NCBI GenBank assembly: GCA_028713285.1
Contig: JAQTOP010000001.1
Span: 35,190-99,189 of the forward strand
From: Terrimicrobiaceae bacterium
Lineage (GTDB): Bacteria > Verrucomicrobiota > Verrucomicrobiia > Chthoniobacterales > JAATET01
Direction of reading: 5' to 3'
Length of the DNA: 64,000 bases
Shown: positions 7,939 to 16,128 of the stretch, in pieces
Layout: every line of letters starts with the position of its first letter
Position numbering within the stretch: position 1 is the stretch's first letter
Translations under genes and position numbers: made by a program
Notes under the pieces: model-generated
What the model was told of the DNA's origin: nothing
Databases searched by the model: none
Seen by the model: only the letters and a program-made list of their open reading frames with translations

Positions 7939-8883
7939 TTAGCTGAGTTTGTGACAGGGCTCGAAGCGGGCCGCTTGATGGTCGAAGAACCCTCGGTCAA
8001 AGAGTTCGGAAGAGGCGTGGCGCCATTCGGCCTCGCCCATCGCAAGGAGTTCTTTGCTGAGTTTATCGAGCTGAAAATCCCCCGGTGCGGTTTTGGGGTT
8101 CACCTCGAAAAAGCGGTCTTTTCCGAGCAGATGATGAACCATCCCGGAAGCCGACTGTGACTGGCCTCTCATCATGAAGTCGATGACCGGAGCCGCCATT
8201 TGCAATTTTCCTCCCATGGTCTGGAGATCCTTTAGGGAGATGACTTCCTCGGTCGTGCCGATGCGAAGCGCGGCGATTTCGCTCTGAGGTTTTTCGAGGT
8301 ATCCCAACGCCTCGGCCACCGCGATCATGATCGGATTGTTTGCCCAGACGCCACCGTCAAGGAGTTGCAGGCCTGACTCGGTGACTTCGGGAGGAAGGTA
8401 GGTCGGGGCGGCGCTGGTCGCCATCGCGACATGAACGGCGCTTTGCTTGTAATCGGTCTGGAGCCGCTTGTGGTGCGCCGTCTTGAAGATATGGACTCCG
8501 CGGAACGCGGGGTCGTAAGCAGGTATAAGGAGTCGTTTCTCGCTTTCGCCGAATTTGCGTTCGCCGAGCAGGTCGTTTAGTGCCGCCCGCAGGCCCTCAC
8601 CCGAATGTTTGACCGCCAGCCAGTGTTTGGCGTTCGCGAAGTGCTTGGGCGGGAAGATTTGGTGAGCCTTGTCGAGATAGAGATCCTTGATCTGTTCGGC
8701 CGAGAAGCCGAGGCCCAAGGCAATGGCGATGATACCGCCGGTGCTGGTGCCAGAGATCAGGTCGAAATGGTCGATGATCCTTGTCCCCCGTTCTTTTTCC
8801 CAATGCGCCAGAAACGAGGCGGTAAAAAGGCCTTTCAGTCCACCGCCATCAAGAGAGAGAATTTGGAATCGGTTAGATGTCAT
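7939..8883 (-). CDS. capV: Patatin-like phospholipase (CapV-type CBASS effector)
   Basis: 'LSLDGGGLKG' (oxyanion hole), 'GTSTGG' (GxSxG nucleophile) and 'LLDGGVWANNP' (catalytic Asp). Confidence 0.85.
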   Translation of the reverse strand: MTSNRFQILSLDGGGLKGLFTASFLAHWEKERGTRIIDHFDLISGTSTGGIIAIALGLGFSAEQIKDLYLDKAHQIFPPKHFANAKHWLAVKHSGEGLRAALNDLLGERKFGESEKRLLIPAYDPAFRGVHIFKTAHHKRLQTDYKQSAVHVAMATSAAPTYLPPEVTESGLQLLDGGVWANNPIMIAVAEALGYLEKPQSEIAALRIGTTEEVISLKDLQTMGGKLQMAAPVIDFMMRGQSQSASGMVHHLLGKDRFFEVNPKTAPGDFQLDKLSKELLAMGEAEWRHASSELFDRGFFDHQAARFEPCHKLS

Positions 8884-8916
8884 ACTTTGAAGATTGTTTC
8901 CGTCAGATTGTTGCAG

Positions 8917-9303
8917 TTAGGTGAAGAATTTAAGCCAGAGTCGGCGCAGAACGCCGACCTGCCGACGGCTTGACGGGGGTTCGTCTGACATTTCCTTCGA
9001 AGGACTCGATTGGGGGCCGTGGTCCCAACTTGGGGCTTCAACTACGCGTCCGCGTCGAATGAAGTAATGGGACCGACAGGGAAATTTCCAGTTGCCTATT
9101 GAGGGGGAGAGCGAAATGGTTTCCCCATCGAACGACATCGTCCAATCCTTAGGTGTAAATGGGGTTACGATCTCGTTTCCGCATCCACAGCAGCATCTGT
9201 GGGTGGCCGTAGCGAATTCCATTGAGATGTAAATTTTGGATGGTTCCAGGATCTCGGGGATGAATTCAACGAACTCGTGTGTGAGGCGGTGCGTCTTGAT
9301 CAT
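8917..9303 (-). CDS. DUF6527-like small zinc-binding protein
   Basis: 128 aa with 'HRCCCGCGNEIVTPF...FPCRSHYFIRRGRV'. ATGA overlap with the upstream E1 gene. This family is a recurrent partner of ThiF/multiubiquitin operons (recalled from annotation patterns, not searched). Confidence 0.55.
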   Translation of the reverse strand: MIKTHRLTHEFVEFIPEILEPSKIYISMEFATATHRCCCGCGNEIVTPFTPKDWTMSFDGETISLSPSIGNWKFPCRSHYFIRRGRVVEAPSWDHGPQSSPSKEMSDEPPSSRRQVGVLRRLWLKFFT

Positions 9304-10481
9304 TGTGCCCCTTTGTTATCGATGTGGTTTCCGTCTGTGGTGTAAAGGCAGTGGATTTCGTTCTCTAGGTCGCGGTAGAATCCCCTCAGTTTTTTCCACT
9401 TAATGACCGCCAGCGCTGCATTGAGGGCGTTGAGTTCCGCGATCTGGATGTTTGAGGCGTAGATGTTTTCTTCTCCCTTTGCTGACGACAGGTATCTGTG
9501 GACGTGCGTTCTCTCCTCCGGGGTGCTTATGGTTGTCCGAAGCATGCCGCCGAGTGATCCGTCAGTCAGTTCTAGGCCCATGCCCACATCGATGAATGAG
9601 ACCCCGAGCGCTTCGAGTTTCTCGACGATGAGTTTTTTTGCGTCACCTCCATCCATACTGAGGAATGCGAACGTGATCCCGTCAAGCAGGTGCAGGTTGT
9701 TCACGTGCAATGGCTCGGTATGGGGTTTGATCCCCTTCCTCATCTTTGAGTAAATCGAAGTGAGGTAGTCGACCTTAGTTGGAACTTGCTCCAACTCTTC
9801 AAGCGAGGGTGCCCCCGGTGCACGGAAAGCGTTGTGCTGAAGGAACTCGTCTCCGTCGAAAAGACGGATCTCCTTGGCAGGTGTTTTAGCGACGAAATCG
9901 AGGATGTATGATCCCGTTCCTCCCGTTCCGATGATTGCAATCACTTCGTTCTCAAGTAACGAAGTGAGCGCACCGATGCCGGCGCGGCCGGACGCAGTTT
10001 CCGTGTAGAGGAAGGGTCCCGCGTCAACTGTCAGTTGACGCTGCCCCGTTCTCGCGTTGGCGCCAGGATAAAGGCTTTGAGCGGGGCTGGCGATGTAGCT
10101 CAGGTAGGTCGTCATCTTGTGATAATAGTCGTCGTAGCCCGCCTTTGGTTTGCACGAGAGTTTGCAATCCACCTCTATGCCGTGACCCAAATTCTCCTTC
10201 TCCCCGACCTTGTTGAACTTCGCCAGTGGCTGTCCTTCTCGGTCGCTTGGGAACTCCCCTGGTGACTCACTTTTGAAATACAAGGTGTGGTCTTCGGGTT
10301 TCCGGGTTTTTTCCCCTGCCAACTCGAGCGGGGAAACGAGCGCTCCTCGCCTCAGTTCCCGCTTCGTGTTCAAGTATGGGACATCCTTGAGAATGAGGAA
10401 CCCGCTTCGGATTTCCACGTTGTAACCGTCTTCGGACAGTTTGAGGAGATCTGGGCTACGACTTGTCAGTGAGTGTGACAT
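9300..10481 (-). CDS. ThiF-family E1-like adenylyltransferase with an N-terminal extension of about 170 aa of unknown function
   Basis: 'VIAIIGTGGTGSYILDFVAK...IRLFDGDEFLQHNAFRAPG' is the Rossmann GxGxxG plus E1 adenylation motifs. Start set at 'MSHSLTS' (10481). The upstream 120 codons of the ORF call overlap the Mub gene and are low-complexity. Confidence 0.75.
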   Translation of the reverse strand: MSHSLTSRSPDLLKLSEDGYNVEIRSGFLILKDVPYLNTKRELRRGALVSPLELAGEKTRKPEDHTLYFKSESPGEFPSDREGQPLAKFNKVGEKENLGHGIEVDCKLSCKPKAGYDDYYHKMTTYLSYIASPAQSLYPGANARTGQRQLTVDAGPFLYTETASGRAGIGALTSLLENEVIAIIGTGGTGSYILDFVAKTPAKEIRLFDGDEFLQHNAFRAPGAPSLEELEQVPTKVDYLTSIYSKMRKGIKPHTEPLHVNNLHLLDGITFAFLSMDGGDAKKLIVEKLEALGVSFIDVGMGLELTDGSLGGMLRTTISTPEERTHVHRYLSSAKGEENIYASNIQIAELNALNAALAVIKWKKLRGFYRDLENEIHCLYTTDGNHIDNKGAQ

Positions 10482-11169
10482 TGAAAATTGTTCCCTTCTT
10501 TTTGACTGTAACCGATTGGTTTTTACCGAGTTCACCCGAGTGGGGTGCGGATGCTGCTTTGCGGTATGTGACCGCGAAATCAATCTGTGGTCCTCCTTGG
10601 CCGGGAAACGCGAGTTCGGTGACTTGCTCGTAGGTGACGACTTCGTCTTCGACGATGCGGGGGCGACCGTTGACGAAGATTTCGTAGCCGGGTTTGGGTT
10701 TCGCAGCGACGATGAACCTTTCGATTCCGGGTTCGGTGAGCGGGATGACATCGCTCTCCTCCACCAAACGGTCCTCACCGCCAGGAACCTCCAAGAAAAC
10801 GGCTTCGTCTTCCTTGAGGTTCGCAAGTTTGCCGAGCTCACGGCCAGTGATTGCAGGTTTCCCCCATTCGAGTTGATTCCCCTTCAGAGTGAGCTTGAAG
10901 TCACGGTCCGTCTGGAAGGCGACGAATTGCTCGGCTCCCTTCCCTCGGAGATCGAAGGTTTCGTCCAGTCGAACGTCTTCAAAATCTCCCGACGGCAGGA
11001 TGGCAAAAACGCTCCAGTCTTCTTCAGGGTTCACCCCGGCGCAGGCGAGGATTTGACGCCCCGTCGGCACGGGGTCGTCAATGGCGCAGGGTTGAAACTC
11101 GATCCCTCCAATACCAATTTTGAGTTGATATTGGCGTTTGGTTGTTTGGTTGGAATTGGTTGTATTCAT
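10456..11169 (-). CDS. Multi-ubiquitin (three tandem beta-grasp-like repeats) protein
   Basis: Three internally similar segments of about 70 aa (e.g. 'PVPTGRQILACAGVNP', 'PAITGRELGKLANL', 'VVTYEQVTELAF') resemble the prokaryotic Multiubiquitin family. Start set at 'MNTTNSN' (11169). The C-terminus is '...NVTLTDKS', with no Gly-Gly. Confidence 0.6.
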   Translation of the reverse strand: MNTTNSNQTTKRQYQLKIGIGGIEFQPCAIDDPVPTGRQILACAGVNPEEDWSVFAILPSGDFEDVRLDETFDLRGKGAEQFVAFQTDRDFKLTLKGNQLEWGKPAITGRELGKLANLKEDEAVFLEVPGGEDRLVEESDVIPLTEPGIERFIVAAKPKPGYEIFVNGRPRIVEDEVVTYEQVTELAFPGQGGPQIDFAVTYRKAASAPHSGELGKNQSVTVKKKGTIFNVTLTDKS

Positions 11170-11249
11170 CAGTGTCGACCTTTCTGTTACCGGCGGGTGA
11201 TTTCCGCCTTTACAGATGAATCGACCCGACTTCGGGCAACCGGTAATTC

Positions 11250-14200
11250 TTAGCCCACTTTTTTTGAAATTTTTCCAAGAGGCACCTCCCCGCACACGAA
11301 CAGCGCGGGGCAGTTTGGGCAGGTGCGGGATGATCTATCTGCAGGAAACTGACCGGTCGTGATGGCAGTAAGGATTTTCTGAATGAGTTCCGCCCGGTTC
11401 CCGAGTTTTTTACCGCCCATCGAGGGCTCCCAAGTCTTTTGGTCCGCGAGGTAAGCGACTTCGAGTGATGCACCAGGGAACTGTCTGGTTCCCATCAGGA
11501 TGAAGGCTACCGTCGCCAAATCATCCTCATGGGCCTTTCGATAATGTCCGGATCTGATTCGCCGGATCACCTGATTTCCTGCCTGGTCCGTGAGAGTTTC
11601 GTCGAATGCCACGTTCACGTTGTGTCCACCGATCTCGATTTCAGCAGCGCCTCCTGGCGCGGCTTTTCGGCCATTTCGACTTGAGCGGAGAAACCCCAAC
11701 ATTTGTCCGGCGAGTGTTTGGTAGTCGTCGACGTAGCCGTGCTCGGATAGGCCGGTGGTTTTGAGAGCACTTTGCACCTTTTCGACGAGTTGCTCATCAG
11801 TGATTTCATCGTTGCCGGCCAGTTGGTCACATACTTGTCGCACGGCGTCGTGCATCATCATGAGGCCAGTTTGCTGCCTTTTGCCGCCCGTCCTCAGGAT
11901 GTGGGTGTAGAGGAACCTTCGGGGACACTTGTCATAGAGGGCCAACTCGGAGTCGCGGAAGGTATTGTCGGCCTCAAGCTCAGTCGGGATCGAAGTCTCC
12001 TCCGGCGCGGCGGGGATCTCACGGGTTGGTGCTACTTCGGTCCGGCGCACGTGATTCTGGAGCCGCTCCAAGAATGGAGTCGTCGGGCGGTTGTGGCCGT
12101 TGGATTTTGTCTTGGCAGCATAGAAGCAGAGACGCTCCTTGGCACGAGAGAGGGCGACATAGAAAAGGCACTCTTGCTCTTGATCGTGGGCTTTTTGCAG
12201 GTGTTCTTCTGAGCCTTCATGAGTGCCTTCGATCATTCCGTCCGGGATCGGACACGGCGGGCGCCTCCATGAAGTGGGGAGCGTATCCTTGCTCATTCCC
12301 GGCAGGTGGATGACATCGAACTCAAGTCCTTTTGCCCCATGGATTGTCATGAGCCTGACGGCATCCAGCCCGCTGGCCGCATCGGGCATCTGGCGTAGGT
12401 CTCGATCGTCTCCGAGCAGGATCAATCTTCGCACTCGATTGAGAAGGCGAACAATGGGCAAGCCTTGCGCGGCTGGCTGGCCCTTGAGAAAGTTCATGAA
12501 TTGCCAGATCGCTACTCCCTGTGCTCTGACGGCAACGTCGTTCGATAGGGCGATGTCTGCGGCTTGTCGGGTCCGGTCGAGCAGGAAGACGCTGAGAACG
12601 CGCCAAGGTTGAGACTCGGACGTGAATCCGGCCAATGCCTCGGCAAGGTGGTTGAGGGTATTGATACCTTCCCTGCTGATATGAGGGATTTTTTCGGGAT
12701 CATTGAGCCACGTTCTGGGAGGATCTTGTGTGTCTCTGAGATGATTTAAGATGGAGACCACATCCTCCATTCGCATCATGAACTCGGGCCAAGTAGCTAC
12801 TCGGAGGAGGCCTGCTGCCCGGCGGTCGGTCAAGATGGACAGCAGACTGAGCAAGTCCTTTATCTCCCGGCGTTCGAAGAGACTTCCGAGGAAGAGGACC
12901 GGAATCTTGAGAGATTCGAGTTCGGCGGCCATAGCCGCCAGTCGTTCGTTGCCACCGCACAGCACGGCTTGGTTGCGATAGGGAAAGCCCTGTTCGCGCA
13001 ACTTCTCGATGTTGTCTGCGAGGGCGACGGAGAGTTGATTTCCTCGTTCGACACATTGGAGTTCGGGAGCGATGCCTGAGTTTTCTCGGGTCGGAACGAG
13101 CCGAGTTTCTTCACGGAGCCCTCGCATCTGGGTTGCGAATGTGGAGAAGGTGTCGACGATTTCGACCGAGGAGCGGTAGTTCTTGATGAGCCGACCCCTC
13201 TGACCGCCCGAGAAATCTTGGTTTCCGAACTGGGTGACGTTGAACGAGGAGGCACCGCGAAATCTGTAAATCGATTGTTTGGGATCCCCGACTACCCAGA
13301 GGTTTTTCCCATCTGGCTTGAGGGCGGCGAGGAGCCGAACGCTGCTGCGATTGACGTCTTGGTATTCGTCAACAAGGATGTGATCGTAAAGTTGCTGGAG
13401 GCGGTTTCGGACCTCTTCATTTTGCTCCAGCAGGAGCGCAGGGAGTAGAACCAAATCTCCGAAATCCACGCATTTCTGAGCACGTTTAACTTCCTCGTAT
13501 CTTCGGTAAACTCGCGCGATTTCCTCGACCCTCTGGGCGTTTTGGAGGGATTCCTCGTCAGTAGCGGCTGCAAGCATCGCCTGTGCGAGTTGCTGGTAAC
13601 GGTCGGCGTTAACGACCTCGTCTTTCGCACGTGAAATTGCCCCGAGAATCTCTACAATGCGGGGTGTGGAGTCGTAGATGTCCCGGAAGTGAATGAGGTT
13701 CAGCCGATGAAATTCCTCTTCCAAGAGTTCCACCGCTTCAGTGCGATCCAGTAGTCGAGGATTTTTCGGTAAGTCCAGTTGGTCATTGAAACGCCGAATG
13801 AGATCGAGGCCGAACGCATGGAAGGTTCCTATCGACATGGCGGCCGCTGCTTGGGGATGCCTTTGCGCAAGTCGGTGTGCCATCTCTCCCGCAGCCTTGT
13901 TGGAGAAGGTCAGTAAAAGAATTCTCGCCGGGTCGACGCCATCGGAGAGAAGGGATTCGACCCTCGTGATCAGGGTTTGCGTCTTTCCAGTTCCGGGACC
14001 AGCTTCGAGCAGGTACGCCAGCCCCCAGTGGTTGGAGGCTTCTTGCTGTTCTGGATTGGGTGTTCTATCCCGGGGAGTTTCGTTTGCTGGCTCGACCTCT
14101 GGCAAGAGCAGGGCGTCGAGGAGTTGCTGAGCGACGATTTCGAGGTTGGCACCGAGTTTACTCGCGATGGCGGTGACTGTGAGGCCTTGATCGAGGTGCA

Positions 14201-14645
14201 ATTGCCTTACGAGTTTTCGCGGTAGCAAGAACTCCCTGGCGAATAAGTCCATTTGGACCTCCAGCCTTTGCCTGTGGCTGTAGTCGATAACTCGGTCCGT
14301 GCCGACCGGAGATGATTCTGCCGATCTGGTAGGATCGACCTCGAAGATCTGGCCGTCATCCGTCGAGTCACCCAGCTCGGCGTGTCCGATCTCGTGGGCG
14401 ATCAGAAATGCCTTTTCGAAATCAGTGCCCTTGTCTTCATGCAGAATCAGTTGATCTCGATCGCTGTAAGTCGCTCGGGCACCATTCAACTGGGCGGCCC
14501 CCACCGCCACTGTCTCGACGTCAATCTCCCGGCGTTTTGCTTCAGCCATGGCAAACCCGTAGGGTCGCCAAGGACTCTCTCCTCTTTGAACTGCTTCTGT
14601 ATGCAGGCGAGCGGCAATTTGGCGGGCGGCTTCGACTGCATCCAT
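11250..14645 (-). CDS. ImmA/IrrE-type metallopeptidase domain fused to UvrD-like SF1 helicase and a C-terminal Cas4/AddB-like PD-(D/E)xK nuclease
   Basis: N-terminus: 'AFLIAHEIGHAELGD' (HExxH). Helicase motifs: 'AGPGTGKTQT', 'ILVDEYQDVN', 'VVGDPKQSIYRFRGA', 'NYRS', 'TIHGAKGLEFDVIHL' and 'LFYVALSRAKERL'. C-terminus: 'YDKCPRRFLY...CPNCPALFVCGE' (four Cys, as in Fe-S nuclease domains). Confidence 0.8.
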   Translation of the reverse strand: MDAVEAARQIAARLHTEAVQRGESPWRPYGFAMAEAKRREIDVETVAVGAAQLNGARATYSDRDQLILHEDKGTDFEKAFLIAHEIGHAELGDSTDDGQIFEVDPTRSAESSPVGTDRVIDYSHRQRLEVQMDLFAREFLLPRKLVRQLHLDQGLTVTAIASKLGANLEIVAQQLLDALLLPEVEPANETPRDRTPNPEQQEASNHWGLAYLLEAGPGTGKTQTLITRVESLLSDGVDPARILLLTFSNKAAGEMAHRLAQRHPQAAAAMSIGTFHAFGLDLIRRFNDQLDLPKNPRLLDRTEAVELLEEEFHRLNLIHFRDIYDSTPRIVEILGAISRAKDEVVNADRYQQLAQAMLAAATDEESLQNAQRVEEIARVYRRYEEVKRAQKCVDFGDLVLLPALLLEQNEEVRNRLQQLYDHILVDEYQDVNRSSVRLLAALKPDGKNLWVVGDPKQSIYRFRGASSFNVTQFGNQDFSGGQRGRLIKNYRSSVEIVDTFSTFATQMRGLREETRLVPTRENSGIAPELQCVERGNQLSVALADNIEKLREQGFPYRNQAVLCGGNERLAAMAAELESLKIPVLFLGSLFERREIKDLLSLLSILTDRRAAGLLRVATWPEFMMRMEDVVSILNHLRDTQDPPRTWLNDPEKIPHISREGINTLNHLAEALAGFTSESQPWRVLSVFLLDRTRQAADIALSNDVAVRAQGVAIWQFMNFLKGQPAAQGLPIVRLLNRVRRLILLGDDRDLRQMPDAASGLDAVRLMTIHGAKGLEFDVIHLPGMSKDTLPTSWRRPPCPIPDGMIEGTHEGSEEHLQKAHDQEQECLFYVALSRAKERLCFYAAKTKSNGHNRPTTPFLERLQNHVRRTEVAPTREIPAAPEETSIPTELEADNTFRDSELALYDKCPRRFLYTHILRTGGKRQQTGLMMMHDAVRQVCDQLAGNDEITDEQLVEKVQSALKTTGLSEHGYVDDYQTLAGQMLGFLRSSRNGRKAAPGGAAEIEIGGHNVNVAFDETLTDQAGNQVIRRIRSGHYRKAHEDDLATVAFILMGTRQFPGASLEVAYLADQKTWEPSMGGKKLGNRAELIQKILTAITTGQFPADRSSRTCPNCPALFVCGEVPLGKISKKVG

Positions 14646-14650
14646 ATCAG

Positions 14651-15232
14651 CTAGTCCTCCTTGAGGAGTTTCTCCCTCAGCTCAACGGGGGTGTTCGTCT
14701 GAATGAGCAGCTGCTCAAATGTCACTTGGCTTTGAAGGCTCGGCTTTTCGGTCGCCTTGTAGCTGTGGGCCGACTGCATCTCTGGAGGAGTTGCCAAGAA
14801 ATTAGATAGTTCTTCCAGGCTGCTATCGATCTGGTTGGCCATTCTCCGCAAGAAGGCGCGTGGGATGGATGCCTCCAGAACAATTCTGTCGCGGATCGCC
14901 GCTAGAACTGCTCTTGAGATATTGAGCGCGCGCGCAGCTTCCCTTTGTTGGGCGATGGTCAAGGATACGAAGGGATCGCTGGTCTTGCTCGCTATTCCAG
15001 TTCGGTAGTGTTGCCAGGCCCTTTCTAGGATTGCGTGGTCTTGAGGTTGCAGTTCGGGCGCACTCGCTGAATCGTCTTCAGTGAGGAGCTTTCTGGAGAG
15101 CTCGATAAGATCTCCTGCCATGTGTGGATACTGATCGAGGTATTGATTTAGCGTGTCCTTGCCAGGGTTTGGCTCCATTGAAAAATGGAGTAGGACGTCA
15201 ATATCTTGGTCGCGGTCCGGATGCTGGTTCAT
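14651..15232 (-). CDS. Putative HTH/ImmR-like partner protein
   Basis: 193 aa, ending 5 nt upstream of the ImmA-helicase gene. 'LTIAQQREAARALNISRAVLAAIRDR' looks like a helix-turn-helix. The family was not recognised. Confidence 0.45.
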   Translation of the reverse strand: MNQHPDRDQDIDVLLHFSMEPNPGKDTLNQYLDQYPHMAGDLIELSRKLLTEDDSASAPELQPQDHAILERAWQHYRTGIASKTSDPFVSLTIAQQREAARALNISRAVLAAIRDRIVLEASIPRAFLRRMANQIDSSLEELSNFLATPPEMQSAHSYKATEKPSLQSQVTFEQLLIQTNTPVELREKLLKED

Positions 15233-15238
15233 GGCTGT

Positions 15239-16042
15239 CTACTCCTCGCGAAGAAGATCGCGCAAGGTGCTGAACGCCTTGTCGCGTTGGTTGCGGATGG
15301 TTTTCTCGACTCTTCCGAGAGTTGTTGAGATTGATCTCTCGTTGGGGTCTTTGGACTCGATCGGGTAGCCGAGTCGTAGGAGGTGGATGATGTTTTTTTG
15401 CATGGGCTCCAATTGGTTAATCGCTTGGTCCAGACGTTTCCGGTAATTTGGATCATCCAGTTTGTTTGGATCGGTAGGGTCGAAGCTGCCCGCGCTTCGT
15501 TCTGCCTTTGATGAGATTTCGCCCGATTCGGAGTCGATTTCCAACGGCGCCCTAGTGTCCTTCTCGCGTTGATATTTTCGTTCGCCGTCCGTCTCCAGTG
15601 CCTTTATGGCGACTCCGAAGCGGACCTCGAAGAAGTCCAAACGAGCGGATGGTTTTTCTCGATCCTTGAGCAGGAGGTTGACGAGCCTGTCAATGACGTA
15701 GGCCCGAACTGTGTCTTCTCTGGCCGAAAGGGGGGATTCCGGGTCTCTCATGCAACCGATCTGTTTGAGCACCCGCTCCATTAGAACCTTCCAAAGGCTT
15801 TCATGGCAGCGGTGATTGTGAGGAATTTTGTTGCCACGCAACAGGTGAACAATGACTTCGCTGGGGATGTAACTGTGATGCTCGGGGTCTGCGATGCCGC
15901 AATCCTCGCCAATGCGCTCGACTGATGACGTAAGGCTCTCCGAGATTTTCTTCTCTATTGCGGGGGGGCGGAGATAGAGGTTTTTGTCGCCCTTGCGTTT
16001 GGTAAGAGGATGAACTTCCGCATCAGTCGCTTTCATGTTCAA
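15239..16042 (-). CDS. Divergent sigma-70-like / region-4 HTH protein
   Basis: The C-terminal 'LEPMQKNIIHLLRLGYPIE...SISTTLGRVEKTIRNQRDKAFSTLRDLL' resembles sigma-70 region 4. It stops 6 nt before the next gene. Confidence 0.45.
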   Translation of the reverse strand: MNMKATDAEVHPLTKRKGDKNLYLRPPAIEKKISESLTSSVERIGEDCGIADPEHHSYIPSEVIVHLLRGNKIPHNHRCHESLWKVLMERVLKQIGCMRDPESPLSAREDTVRAYVIDRLVNLLLKDREKPSARLDFFEVRFGVAIKALETDGERKYQREKDTRAPLEIDSESGEISSKAERSAGSFDPTDPNKLDDPNYRKRLDQAINQLEPMQKNIIHLLRLGYPIESKDPNERSISTTLGRVEKTIRNQRDKAFSTLRDLLREE

Positions 16043-16128
16043 AGTTCAATTTTTGAAGGTGCCGAGCGTGACATTTTTCATGGAGAGAGGTTGCAGAGAA
16101 TGACGGTTTGTTTCCTGTCGTACGGCGA

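Noticed and set aside
10482-10841. N-terminal extension of the E1 ORF (track start 10841), and similar extensions of the CD-NTase (to 8045) and Mub (to 11295) ORFs
   Set aside because: The extensions are Ser/Lys/Pro/Arg low-complexity and overlap the preceding genes extensively. Internal ATGs (10481, 7907, 11169) give compact operon junctions and sensible N-termini.
11170-11249. Possible stem 'TTACCGG...CCGGTAA' between the helicase-nuclease and Mub genes, considered as a terminator or riboswitch
   Set aside because: It has only a 7-bp outer stem with a large unstructured interior and no U-tract. That is insufficient to call a regulatory element, although it could hide a promoter for the Mub/CBASS cluster.
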